64,000 bases of DNA from Octopus sinensis (GCF_006345805.1 NC_043001.1:105834001-105898000), one strand, 5' to 3'. Counted from the first letter of the stretch, positions 1 through 14,134 are shown. Program-made: numbers and translations. The notes: generated by a model from the sequence alone, not told the origin.

Positions 1-102
1 GCTTCCTCTCCAAAAACTGTTCCAAAACGAGACCCCCAAAACACTGAAACGCAGTATTTGAGCATGGCCCAAACTTCTAGCTGAAACCAGTAAAAGAATA
101 AA

Positions 103-147
<45 letters not shown>

Positions 148-831
148 GGCACATACTTATATGCGTAGATTCAAATATATATACGTGTGGTTTTTTTGTG
201 TGTGTACAAGTATATATGTATGTGCTTGTATGTGTGTGTGTAAATCTACAGCTACATGTACACAGATCACGAGAAAAATATTCTGACTCTCTGGTGAGAT
301 GATTGCTCATCGAAAGAAATATTTTGCCTGTTAAATAATAGGATATATATTTCCTTTTAGATAGCGTTGCAAATATTTGTTCTTTCCGTTTTGCCAACAC
401 ATTGATTTCCTATCGTTCGGTTGACTGACTTTTAATAATTATATATACTTTTCCATTGAGCTTTGGTGGTGTAATCTTTTGAGGTGCATCAGAATATTGA
501 TACAACTCTCAGGAATATAAGTAAGTGTTGAATACTTTTAGAAAAATTCCATTACTTGAAAAATGTTCATTACCGTGAGTAAATAGAAATCTTTGTATTT
601 CTGTACATTTGTACATTTGCTATCCCACGTGACTGGTATCCATATTCACAAGTCAGAGAAAATATTTACCTTTGGCTACCCTCTTATGAAGCGATTTCCT
701 TTCTGTGACGTATCTGAAATATGTTATTTCTCTCTTATTTACTCAACTTAAATTTGCCATAATGCCTTCGTTTATACTTTGGGTAGATACGATGTGATGC
801 AAATGGTCGAAGTTTATGTGACGGAATGTCA

Positions 832-923
<92 letters not shown>
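832..923. repeat. (TATC)n microsatellite
   Basis: Direct perfect tetranucleotide run. It explains the YLSI-type ORFs in the track. Confidence 0.97.
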
Positions 924-924
<1 letters not shown>

Positions 925-1002
925 GTCTGTCTGTCTGTCTATTTATCTACCTAGATACATTGACATACAATATCTGCCTATCTCTCTTTCTCTCTCTCTC
1001 TT

Positions 1003-1033
<31 letters not shown>

Positions 1034-1034
1034 T

Positions 1035-1438
1035 TCTACTCTTTTACTCTTTTACTTGTTTCAGTCATGTGACTGTGGCTATGCTGAAGCACCAATTTCA
1101 GTCGGGCAAATCGACCCTACGACTTATTATTTTTAAGCCTAGTACTTATTCTATCGGTCCCTCTTGTCGAACCGCTATGTGGTGGGGACGTAAACACACC
1201 AGCATGGGTTGTCAAGTGATGTTGGTGGGACAAACGCAGACATACAAACTTATATACACACACACATACATATATATGACAGGCTTCTTTCAGGTTCCGT
1301 TTATCAAATTCACTCGCAAGGCTTTGGTCGGCCTGAGGCTATAGTAGAAACACTTGCCCAAAGTGCCACGCAGTAGGACTGAACCCGGAACCATGTGGCT
1401 GGTAAGCAAGCTGCTAACCAGAAAGCAACTCCTACGCC
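1035..1438 (-). mobile_element. tRNA-derived SINE family A, full length
   Basis: Minus strand reads as a tRNA-like head with B-box-like GGTTCAGTCC, an internal CA/TA run, a body, and a 3' tail with (GTAAAAGA)n. Many near-copies occur in the window. Confidence 0.85.
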
Positions 1439-1440
1439 TA

Positions 1441-1471
<31 letters not shown>

Positions 1472-1569
1472 ATATCTATCTATCTATCTTCTTATCTATC
1501 TATCTATCTATCTATCTTCTATATATCTAATCTATATCTATCTATCTATCTATATCTATCCTATAGATA

Positions 1570-1616
<47 letters not shown>

Positions 1617-1660
1617 TCAATAAATGGTGGGGTTGTGTTGACCGCACGTGGAGAAATGAT

Positions 1661-2211
1661 AGTAAGGAAAAATTTTTTTAAAAATGCAGAATGCTCAAAT
1701 GAAAGAAAATTTTAATAAAATGAGAAATTGATAAAATATATAAATATATATTTATTCAACCGGTTTTCGTCATTGTATGACTTGTCAAGAATATTTATGT
1801 TTTAAAAAGTTTTTAATTACTACTACTTCCTGTCCTGCCAACATGCTGAATTAAACCACACAACACATGCTCTTAATCCCTTTGGATCTTAATACCTCAA
1901 GGTAATTTTTTCGTGAACAATCATAAAACTCAAGATACACAACGAACTCACAATGTATCGGAGCACTTATTTTTTAATTTTTGTACATTTTTATCATTAT
2001 TCTTTTGCAAAAAACAATGCAATTTTCTTTTTTTCCCCTTTCTAATTTCTAAAAAAACTTTTTAAAACATAAATATCTTGACAAGTCATACAATGACGAA
2101 AACCGGTTGAATAATTAATAAATATATATTTATAATTTTATCAATTTCTCATTTTATTAAAATTTTCTTTCATTTGAGCATTCTCCCATTTTTAAAAAAA
2201 ATTTTTCCTTA

Positions 2212-2213
<2 letters not shown>
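1661..2213. mobile_element. Fold-back PLE-derived element with ~150-bp inverted arms pointing outward
   Basis: 1661-1813 is the reverse complement of 2051-2213. The spacer contains CATGCTCTTAATCCCTTTGGATCTTAAT, which resembles the LxPxGLN end of PLE ORFs. Confidence 0.7.
1753..1793 (-). ncRNA. Hammerhead-like motif, U3-A8 core variant (second copy at 2073-2113 on +)
   Basis: UAUUC-UUGACAA-GUCA uacaa UGAC-GAAA-ACCGGU-U-GAAUA. Stems I and II pair, stem III is a palindrome, and there is one extra A after GAA. Confidence 0.55.
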
Positions 2214-2244
<31 letters not shown>

Positions 2245-4506
2245 CTATATATCTTTATATGTGTTTGTGTGTGCGCCTTTGTCTGTGTGTATGAATTAGT
2301 ATGTAAAATACTTTAAGTACACAATTACTTTAAGCAAAATACATTAACGAGACATAAGCGACAGTAAGGTAACATTGACTGCTTTCACATGGTCTTGCTT
2401 TTTATTTCTCCCTCACATTTCACAACTGTTCATTGCTCTTTCGTTTTAATAAATGATTGCATCTAGTGATTGCACTGTTGGCTATTTCTTCGAAACGAAA
2501 ATGCCGTTTACGATATGTGACATTATATATAACACATATTTTAATAAATATCTCTATGTATGTCTATTCAAACGCAACAATTGCCTTCAGCGTTTGTTTG
2601 AAACCAGAAAGAATGTATCAAAGGATCATATCACTGATGAGTTGTTTAACTATAGCAACATCACTTTTCTGAAGTTGAATTTTTATAATATTTATAGATT
2701 GACTCCTTATAGTGATCGTAGTATATCAATTTATTTTATAGAATGCATATTTATATTTCGCGCAGTAACTTCGGTTGTTAATACGTTATCGGTGTGAAAT
2801 TATTAGACAACTATTGTAGTGGTTGCTCATTTAAAAATAATAGTAAACAACTAGAAAATGTTCCATACAAATTAACATTTTCTTCTTCGAGGAAATACTT
2901 GAGGAATCAAAATAATTACGTTTCTCACATAATCAGGCATTATAGTTTGTGTGAAATCTCTGCCATAAAGCTAGACCCTGTCATTAAATACATGGCATAT
3001 TTCAAGGCTTTTACATCACTGCCGCAAAAATCAAATTATTCACAGTTTAAGTAACCTAACTGATCGTATATTTATCGTTCTCCATTTTTTTTCTTTGGCA
3101 AGTTAGACATAGAAAACGAAGCAATTCCCTCTAGCTCCATGACCGGCAAGATCAGAAAGACCTTCTTGCTGGTTATAGAGCAAGCGGGAGGAATTAAGCT
3201 GGAAGCCAGTAGGAGATTATGAGTAGTGATTTGGCCACCTCTACTGACCCTCTAACAGGAGAGTATTATCATTCAGGTTCGATGTTCTTTGGATACCGTC
3301 AGAGTGTATCGCTTCTTCCTGACAAAAGCTCCATTAAATTTGGTGATTTGGAAAGTTCTTTCTGCTAGGTGTTATCTATAATAAAAGACAAAATGAATTA
3401 GTTGCTTAAATTTAGTTCGTGTTTCAGAACGATAATGAGTAAAATAAACTGAATGCCTTATCTTTAATTCGCAAACCCGATGAACGAAAAATTATAAATA
3501 CGTTCAAACTCTGAATGCAGTTTAGTAATGTATGGTTTGGAATCCTCTTAGAGGAAACCAATTTTGTAGAATCTAAAACGTTTGTCTTTCAACACACTAG
3601 ATTTAGTGACATTAGTAACTCACATAAATTATCTTCTTCAATGAAAACAACCATATGGCACGTGATATTTCTTTGTGACTAGTGCAAGTTCATTTATAGA
3701 CAGAAAAAAAAGAGAACTGCTAACATCGTTAATCTATTTTAAGCGTGCTAAAACGACTGAAAACATGTAAAATTTTAATATTTGTAGAAACGACTATCAA
3801 CATTACGCATCTGAATAGACTTCGGCTTCTCAAACATTATAACAAGAATTTGGCCTGGAGAACTTTCAGCAATAATAACACAGCATGTCCGATAGAGCTT
3901 TAGTCACTCCCAAAAGAGTTAGTAAGGCATTCAAACTGTTATTACGATAAAATATTAAACATTTGCAACCGCCCATTAACTTCACGTTTATTTACATAAA
4001 ATTGCATTCTGGCATGATAACTCATCATTACTGATATTCCCAAGACGATTAGGAAATGCATATTTCGATTAAATTTGTTCTCTTACTAGTATTACAAAAT
4101 ACTTCCGTTAGTACAATCGAAGTATTCATAACAAGCTATTGGCGTTGCTAAGATGTGAATTTGAAAATTAAAATCTTTAACGGTAATTATAAAATTGACT
4201 TGTGAATTTATATTCATGCATTCTTTACATTAAAATTAATTCTATATGACGTGAAGTCGTTTCCAATTTCAAGCGATTGAAACTAGTGAAAACATATTCC
4301 ACCATAAATGCAAATATATAATGCAAATATGGAAACCTTATAACACAGCAAATAATCACGTTAGCCACACTGTTTTCTTATTGATATTCCGGAAACTAAG
4401 TGTTGATGTCGGTCCAGATTTTCACAATAATTGTGTGTACAGAGGGAAGATATAGTTGAAATAAAAGCAATGAAGTTTGTTCCAGTGAGAATTTCTCTCT
4501 CTCTCC

Positions 4507-4544
<38 letters not shown>

Positions 4545-4851
4545 TATATATATTGTGTGTGTGCTTGCATAGTTCGGTGTCGTGTGTGTATATGTGTTGG
4601 TGTTTGTATCTGTACATTCCAACAATTTGCAAGTAACATTCATTATAGTTTGTTTACGCTCACAGAACTATGCAATTCGGCTTAAAATGACGATAGAGAA
4701 TCTGAAATTTGAATATAAGAACTGGGGGTCCGTTTTCTTGACTAGAATCTTCGAGGCAGGCGGACGGGAATCAAAGCCTTCTATTATTGAGACAAATCTA
4801 AAGAAATGCTAATTCAAACATGCATACATACATAATAAATACATATATTAC

Positions 4852-4916
<65 letters not shown>

Positions 4917-5633
4917 TATATATATATGTATATATAGATAGATAGATATACATATATATATAAGTATATATATGTATATATATATATGCGTGTGGTGTGT
5001 GAGTATGTGTATGTGTGTGAGTGAGTGTGTGTAAACGTGTTTGTGCGTGTGCGCGAATGTCTGCGCATTTGTCGATGAATTTATCGATACAGTTACGTAA
5101 ACAAATAATAGAGTCGGAGTGAAATTTAGCATCGCGTCTGATGTCGATACGATAATATAAGAACAATCGACCAGCTAAACCATGGACATGATCAGTTGTA
5201 CCCTTGTGCACACTTGTATATTTACTCTCCTCAAAAGCATAAGTTACAGCGACAAATCTGAGTCGAATTAGAGAAGGCACAACGCGACAAACGTCGAACA
5301 GAGACCGTAGATCACTGCGGAGGTGGCGAATGGAGACGTAAAGATTTTTTGAGAATCCAACTGATTATTTCATTGAATAATCGATTAGTTTAGTAATAGA
5401 AGTGTTTGCCACTTAATTATTTAATGAGTTGACTATTACAGATATACCAAAAAAAATTAAATAAAGCGTGTGTAGTTTGGTCTGCAAAATACTTCTGTTA
5501 AATACACGCACACACATATACATATATATGAACACCACACACACAGCACACAATGCACACACACACACCAACACACACCACACACACACCCACACACACA
5601 CACACACCACCCACACACACACACACACACATA

Positions 5634-5681
<48 letters not shown>

Positions 5682-5736
5682 CAACAAATAAACACAGGAC
5701 ACAAAAACATATACATATACAGATGCAGCACAGAAT

Positions 5737-5786
5737 TTTTTCAGTGAACAAGTCGCGGTCTGAAGCGATGAAAACATTTTGGCAAA
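5737..5786 (+). ncRNA. Diverged G3-C8 hammerhead in a solo PLE terminal-repeat relic (~5700-5860)
   Basis: TTTTCA-GTGAACA-A-GTCGC..GCGAT-GAA-AACATT-T-TGGCAAA, homologous to 58133-58182 together with its flanks. Confidence 0.6.
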
Positions 5787-6400
5787 TTAAATTTAAATGT
5801 TGAAGTGAATTCAACGGTGTTTGGTGTTTTCAAATAGTTTATACAACACTTCCACGCGTCAAATGATATATATATATATAATATATATTATATATATAAT
5901 ATATATATTTATAATATAATTGGTTCATTCACTACAGCAGTTGTAAGCGATTTTTTTTTTATTATTATTGATGAATAGAATTATTTTATCCCGCGAAAGA
6001 ACCAAAGCTAGCCAGGTATCATGATGTGGCACGTAATGTTGATTCTTGGAATGCTTATATTTTAATTCTTAATGGGTGTACATACACCTGGAGGATCAAG
6101 AGTCTATGAAGCACAGTACAACTGGCGTGGTTTGTGTTCCTAGGTACAACTTTGCGACTCGAGGCATATTCAGTCGAGCGCTTGTGATTGTATATGTTCC
6201 TCTCATTTTGTTTTGTGCATCATTGCTATTTATTTGACCTGAATTTGGTGCATTACTATCGAGGTGGCTAATTCACTCGAACCCGCAACTATTATATATA
6301 TATATATATATGTAGGTCCCGGGTTGATTCGGGGTTAACCACAGTAAATAAGGTACTCAATACATAGCAGAGTAGTAAAATTAATTTATTATATAGAAGG

Positions 6401-6449
6401 AGCTTCTACAGGACTAGAACTGTTCATTCAGAGAAATCTTCAGGAAGCT
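6401..6449 (-). ncRNA. Hammerhead-like motif (GUA triplet intact, GAAA reduced to GAAC)
   Basis: AGCUUC-CUGAAGA-UUUCUCUGAAU-GAACAG uucuaguc CUGUA-GAAGCU. Confidence 0.5.
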
Positions 6450-7600
6450 AGTTAACAAGAATTGTATTGGCATTTATACATTTAGGCAGGTTTAACGGGG
6501 TGTTGGTGGGGGACTTTTTGGGGGGTAGGCATAGCGCAAAATATCATACTTGGGGGAGTGGTCAAGGAGTCCGTGTTAAATTAGATAGAAGAATAAATAT
6601 AAAAAAAATAATAATAAAAAAATATATAAAAAAAATATATAAAAAATAAAATAAAAAAATAAAAAAATAAATAAATAAAACAATAAAAAAATAAAAAAAT
6701 AAAAAAATAAAAAAACCAATATGTAAAAAAAAACCCATATATAAAAAAAAGGGGAATAGAGTTTTAGGTAAATAAGGAGATCACTTATACCTATGCACAC
6801 ATGTATACATAATACAACACACATACAAACATATTACATATACATACACAATACATACACACACAATATACATATATATACATTACACATACACATACAT
6901 ATACATGTCTACACATACACATATATATATACATTAAACACACTCACATGCATACACGTATACACACATGTATATATACACACACGACCTCACATACATA
7001 TACGCCCAGCCAGAAAAATATATATACACATACACACACATACTCACATACACGCATACACACACATATCCACACAACACCATGACACACAGCACACTAG
7101 TCCCTATATACACATATATACACATACACACACATATACACACACATACATACATATACATACATGTATACATATACATATGTGTACCTATGCAAACCTA
7201 CACACACACACATATATATACACATACAAATACAGACCAATTCCCTAATTTTAATTTTATTATCTTCGTTTATACTTTTGTTATCTTTGGCGCTTGGTCA
7301 CAAACATCTTGGCTATGACAGCCAGTCCATTATCTTTCTACTGGGAAACAAGGCACTCATTCACTCACGCACACTCTTTAGCACGTACTCTCACTCATTC
7401 GTACACTCATACACATACACGCACGCACGCGTTATATTCATACATACATCCATCTACATACATTCACGTATATACACATACGTACGCGTACCTACAGATT
7501 ATGTCTACACTCTTAGAAGGCTAGTCTATATTATACACCAATAAATATAAATACACACACATACATATACACCTACATACAAATACATACATGTATATAT

Positions 7601-7657
<57 letters not shown>

Positions 7658-8008
7658 CATATATATATAACACATATATATATATATATACACACACACA
7701 TATATACACACACATACGCATACACACACATATACATATATATACACTACACGCACATACACATGTACATGCGTACCCATACACACACACACACGCGCGC
7801 ATCCATATATACACATAAGTACACAAATGCGTAAAAGTATACATATATCTATGCTTACATATACACACACACACACGCCTCCTTATATTCATAATACATG
7901 CATACTCAAAAAATAAGTAAATAGTAAAAGATATATACGCGCAGTTATTCGTACATGCATACTCAAAAAATAAATAATAAATATTAAGTATATGTACGTG
8001 CAGTTACC

Positions 8009-8108
8009 NNNNNNNNNNNNNNNNNNNNNNNNNNNNNNNNNNNNNNNNNNNNNNNNNNNNNNNNNNNNNNNNNNNNNNNNNNNNNNNNNNNNNNNNNNNN
8101 NNNNNNNN
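8009..8108. other. Assembly gap (100 N)
   Basis: Run of N. Confidence 1.
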
Positions 8109-8594
8109 CATACATTCTCATACAAGCAGACACACTTACATTTACATATATACACACACTTACACAGATAATACATACACATATTACATACATACATACA
8201 TACATACATAAGTATATGCATACATACACACACACACACATACATATAATATTATATATATACATACATACATACACACGTACACATACACATACATATA
8301 TATACACACATATACATATCCACACACATACATATACCTATATACATGTATATATACAACACACACAATATATACACATCTACAATTTGTATCTACACTC
8401 ACATACCTGCACATACACATAACTCTACATACCTACATATACATCGACATACTCGCGTACACTATATATATACACATATATACATATACACACACACATA
8501 CATATACATATACATATACATACATATACATAAACATACACATACATAATACACATATACACACACATACATATATGCATATATATATATACAC

Positions 8595-8631
<37 letters not shown>

Positions 8632-9329
8632 TACATATACATATATATATATACATATACATACATACATACACACACATATACATACATGTACATATAC
8701 ACATAGACACCCACATTATATACACACACCATACATATATCAACAATTGAGGGTAAAGTTATTAGTTATTAATCAATTTCACCAAGTATTCAGTATGTAA
8801 AAGGACCATTATTTTTATGAGTAAACAATGTCTGAGGGAAAATATTCTCTAAGTAGTGGAAGAGGCTAAATAACTTTTTTGGCTGCTATTTCTAGAAAGT
8901 TCAGTATGCGGCAAAGCAATCCATTTCACTAAGCCCTAATTATAAATTGTTATACATACATACACATACATACACACATACATATACACATACATAGCAT
9001 ACACACATGATACACATATACAAGCGTGCACATACAATATGTGAGAGGTCTTAGGAGAAAAGGTAATCGGGGGTGCTAGGGGAACGGTGGGTTTGGGGGG
9101 GTTTTGTGGGTGGGGTGTCATCAATCTGGTTGCCGGGTAGGTCTATAGTTCTTGTAGTTCGCATACTTCTTATGCATACAATTTATTCTTCTATCTAATT
9201 TAACACTGACTCCTTGACCACTCCCCCAAGTATGATATTTTGCGCTATGCCTACTCCCAAAAAAGTCCCCCACCAACACCCCGTTAAACCTGCCTAAATG
9301 TATAAGTGCCAATACAATTCTTGTTAACT

Positions 9330-9380
9330 AGCTTCCTGAAGATTTCTCTTGAATGAAACAGTTCTAGTCCTGAAGAAGCT
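9330..9380 (+). ncRNA. Hammerhead-like motif (GAAA intact, GUA mutated to GAA)
   Basis: AGCUUC-CUGAAGA-UUUCUCUUGAAU-GAAACAG uucuaguc CUGAA-GAAGCU, with a 6-bp stem I. Confidence 0.5.
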
Positions 9381-9399
9381 CCTTCTATATAATAAATAA

Positions 9400-9462
<63 letters not shown>

Positions 9463-9479
9463 CTTTTATATATTTTATT

Positions 9480-9660
9480 CTTTTGTCTATTTCAGCCATG
9501 CTGGAGCACCGCCTTTAGTCGAACAAATCGACCCCAGGACTTATTCCTTGTAAGACTAGTATTTATTATAACGGTCTCTATTGCCGAACCGCTAAATTAC
9601 TGGGAGGTAAACACACCGGCATTGGATGTTAAGCGATGTTGGAGGGAAAAACACAGTCAT
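9480..9660 (-). mobile_element. SINE A, 3' half
   Basis: Matches the SINE A body and tail (GCCATGCTGGAGCACCGCC). Confidence 0.8.
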
Positions 9661-9664
9661 ACAA

Positions 9665-9701
<37 letters not shown>

Positions 9702-10195
9702 ACACATATATATATATATATATATATATGTAAATGTATTACCGTTTACAATTTATCTTTAAATTGTTTCAGTCATTAGATTGCGGCCACGCTAGGGCAC
9801 CCGCTTCGATAAAGACAATAAGGAACGCTTCACGAATTTGTGTGCCATCTTTGCACAGGGTCCATGCTAATCTTCTCTACATTATTCCAAATTTAGCATA
9901 TGTACTGCTGAATCAAGTTATATATTACAGATATAAATACATATTTACTTATTATTTACATGCGAAAGTATATTGTTATGTAATTTGTTTATTCACAAAT
10001 GGCGCGGAAGCGGTGTAATCTCGAGGAAAACAAATTTAACTTTCGAAATCTTTGTCCCCATAAATGTTGAACATAAATCATGATAAAATATCATTTTCTA
10101 TGAGATATTACTTAACTTTTTTAAATCGACAACTCTCCCACTTTCTACTTCTCGCCGCTAAAGTATTTGTCTCTATATATTTAGAATACTCTTTG

Positions 10196-10229
<34 letters not shown>

Positions 10230-13145
10230 ATATGGATTATGTCTCGTTAATTACTTTCATTTTGTTTAAAACTTCATCTTATAAAGTTTACCTTCATTTT
10301 ATATCAGCTATTACGGAATCAGCTCGGATTCAGAGTGAAAAGGAATATCAATATACCAAATTTGGAAATGCCCACTTAATCTTCAAATTTGAAAATCTAT
10401 GACAGCAACAGAAAATCTTTCTTTCTCTCTTTCTCTCTCTCTCTCTCTTTCTCTTTCTCTCTCCCTCTCTCTCGCTCTCTCATTTATTTTTCGCTTTTCT
10501 CATAGTCGTAGTAGCACCTATAAAGACAATTACACGTACTAGCCATGAAATAGAAAACTGTGTTACATTATTAGAGATGTGAGTATAGACAGGAAAGAGA
10601 GAAACAAATGAACGACATCAAAAAATCAGAGCACAGACAGAAACATAATTAGTCTGCGAGTGTGAGCGCTGATAAGATTGATTTAAAGTCTGGCATTGAA
10701 AATAAAACAAGAGTTACAATACCATGACCTACAAATCTTGATGGAAATGTTAGCGACTTTGAAATTAAGTTTACGAAAATTTCCTGTCAGAGAAAGCAAG
10801 TGGATGTACAACTTCTTGTTAAATATATTTATTAAAGAGTGGACATAAAGAATAATAAACATACATTTGATTGGTGAAGAGTATGGAGGATGTAAGATTT
10901 TAGACAACGAAATTACTGAAAATCTTCTCGACAAAAAGAGAGATTGCAACACTGTCGTCGTTAGGTGCAATATATATTCTAGCGGCAAAATTGTGATATT
11001 CAGGTTGATTACCAGTGGCATTGATTCATGTTTCCGTTTTCACTCTCGAAAGCAATGAGGGGAGGTTGCGATCGCAGAGATCATGAATATAATACGTAGA
11101 TGAAGAACTTAATACATTTTACACAATATAAGAAGCTATCTTAAAGTTGTGTACCATCAGATTCAGAGAAACCAGAATTATAACAGTAACTGTGAGGAGA
11201 AGAACGTATAAATATTAGGCATATATCACTAAGAAGACATTTGGAAGGAGTTCGGCTTCGATAAACATGGCACGCCAGAAGTGATCAAGGGAGTCGTCAA
11301 CACTAGCAGAGCAGGCAATAGATAGTAACTGGTTTCGGAGGATGTTGTTCCTCTAATGCAGTAATGATTCTAATAGATAAAATAGCGAGGATATTTCAAA
11401 AGCTTCTCCTCATCCCAAGAACAAAGATCCTGATCTAAGGTGCAATTCACTCTGATAAATCCGGGAGCTCCACTACAGCATAAAAAAACATTCAGTGACT
11501 CTGCAAAAGTACTTAAACAGAAGTTGCCGTTCATAAGACAAAACCCCCAAATAAACAAACGGAGAGAACTCCACCCGATAGTAGCTTGCAAGTCTTAGTG
11601 ATGAGCATTTCCAACATGGATCTGATGACCTTTGATGACCTAAAATTGAAATTCAGGATGGAGATTAGTATCACGAAAACACTTATTCAGCATTGAGAAT
11701 TCTGAGAACAAATGTTCGCATGCACCCTGTTTAGTCATGAAGTTTTAATTATATAAATCTTAATCTATATTAACAGCCATAAATATTAAGCTTTTGAGAT
11801 TTGCCTATCTGACACTATTGATTGTGACATGCATTTATTCGAAATATTTCCGTTATGGTAGTGTATGAATTACCAGTTGTGTAATTGAAAGTTATGGTTT
11901 TCTAATGTGGTCGTATTCTTACCAACTTCATAACATTGTCTCGAGTTATATAGGTTTTTCTTGACTACTTTTGACAACTTAGTTCCGTTTCCTGCTTTCA
12001 AAGCAATTTTGAAGTTTAATCAGTCGCCACAAATACCCGTTCATACGTCTATTACTTCTGTCACATTTGGGGTGTTAGTTCCTGAATTGCTTCTCTTCAA
12101 ATGTTAGAAAAGCGGTGATGAGATACAAAGCCTGTGCTATGTTGAAATTGATTTACTGATTCACTGTAACTCATTATTATCATTCATTTTCCACTTATAC
12201 TTTTCTTGATCTGTTCTATCACCAAGGTAAACACTTACTCATACAACTTTTACTTCCTTTCAGCTTAAAACCTTCCATTTGCTTATGTGAATTATTTATG
12301 CAGCTTACAAATTTGCTGAGATCTCCTCCTTTCCATCAATAGGATTCCTTCAATCTAATCTCTGTAAGCTTTTACACCCAACTTTTCGATGACATGTACC
12401 TCACCAGCAAAGATGAAATTAAGAAAGTCAGTAACTTTTCTACTTTCAACATGCTCTATGGCATTATCAGAGATTTTGTTTCAGTTTGGAGTTTTCCTCT
12501 GTTAATGCATCTCCATTTTGATGGCTTTATGCATTCTGAATTCTTTAGAATTAAACTATTTCACTTTCCATCATATAATACTTCAGACATTATACAAAGT
12601 TACACGTCCATATCATTGAATGTATTTCCTTCAAAAGTATTATTGCTATTTCCATTATCTGTAAATTCATACTGTGTACCTCGAAGACCGCTTTGTCTGG
12701 TTAAACAAATGATACACTTTCAAACATAGAAAGTCCCTTCGTAAATATCAGAGACAAAATGTGCGATTGTGTTCTTTCTGTCTCCAGGCAGTAGGCAAGG
12801 GGTCCATAGGAGTCCGATGAGGACAAAGACTGTGTACTCAGCGAAAACAGCGCATATGAATCCGCGTTCCAAAGCTGGAGGCATATTGGCGCCCACGGGT
12901 GTCATAGCGGTAGTTTGTTTCTTCCAAACACTGGAACACCTGCACTGAAACACGCAAGGTTCTTTATAATACAACGCTGTGAAGAAATCTTTTCCAAGGA
13001 ACCTACGATGCACCTAGTGGGCATATAAATAAAACACATACACCATGTATATAGATAATGTTTATTTTATCAGAAAGGCTTTTAAATCAAAATTTGATTT
13101 TTTTCCCACCTGTGCTACACCACAGGTCATTAGTAAAAAGACTTA

Positions 13146-13170
<25 letters not shown>

Positions 13171-13177
<7 letters not shown>

Positions 13178-13428
13178 GAAAGAAGGTTTGAAAATGCAGT
13201 TTTAAAAGATGTTTATTTACTTTACCGGTTTCACTCTTTGGAAAAAGATTGTCAAAAGTATCATGTAGAAGTTTGGTTGCGTTAATTATTGGTTGCTACA
13301 AATTGCTATATATACAGTCTTTGGTAACAGGGACATGTTACTTTTGACAATCTTTTTCCAAAGAGTGAAACCGGTAAAGTAAATAAACATCTTTTAAAAT
13401 TGCATTTTCAAACCTTCTTTCGTATATA
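13171..13428. mobile_element. Miniature fold-back element; arms 13171-13266 / 13333-13428 point outward
   Basis: Near-perfect ~95-bp inverted repeat sitting in (TA)n. Confidence 0.85.
13338..13382 (+). ncRNA. Minimal hammerhead, U3-A8 variant, GUA site (mirror copy at 13217-13260 on -)
   Basis: UUACUU-UUGACAA-UCUUUUUCCAAAGAGU-GAA-ACCGGU-A-AAGUAA. It has a 6-bp stem I and a palindromic stem III. Confidence 0.7.
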
Positions 13429-13492
13429 ATTCCACTCGTGCGGTACCCTACAAGTCCACTTTGTTATATATATATATATATATATATATATT

Positions 13493-13912
13493 CTATTTTA
13501 CTCTTTTACTCTTTTACTTGTTTCAGTCATTTGACTGCGGCCATGCTGGAGCACCGCCTTTAGTCGAGCAAATCGACCGCAGGACTTATTCTTTGTAAGC
13601 CCAGTACTTATTCTATCGGTCTCTTTTGCGGAACCGCTAAGTGACGGGGACGTAAACACACTAGCATCAGTTGTCAAGCAATGCTAGGGGGACAAACACA
13701 GACACACAAACATATACACACACACTTATATATATATATATACATATATACGACAGGCTTCTTTCAGTTTCCGTCTACCAAATCCACTCACAAGGCATTG
13801 GTCGGCCCGGGGCTATAGCAAGCAGAAGACACTGCCAAGATGCCACGCAGTGGGACTGAACCGGAACCATGTGGTTGGTTAGCAAGCTATTACCACACAG
13901 CCACTCCTGGCC
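13493..13912 (-). mobile_element. SINE A, full length, little diverged
   Basis: Complete head, body and tail, similar to 16978-17415. Confidence 0.9.
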
Positions 13913-13941
13913 TATATATATATATATATATATATATATAG

Positions 13942-14008
<67 letters not shown>

Positions 14009-14011
14009 TAT

Positions 14012-14055
<44 letters not shown>

Positions 14056-14069
14056 TACATATATATATA

Positions 14070-14134
<65 letters not shown>

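Larger units (their letters stand above)
6313..9398. mobile_element. PLE-type element with ~215-bp inverted termini (6384-6598 / 9181-9397) around a low-complexity, gapped interior
   Basis: The arms are clear reverse complements. Each carries an HHR-like motif reading outward. Confidence 0.7.

Noticed and set aside
10680-12700. Possible very old LINE ORF2 remnants (also 24110-24680, 26780-27300, 50300-50860)
   Set aside because: Composition is suggestive, but I could not read a diagnostic motif.
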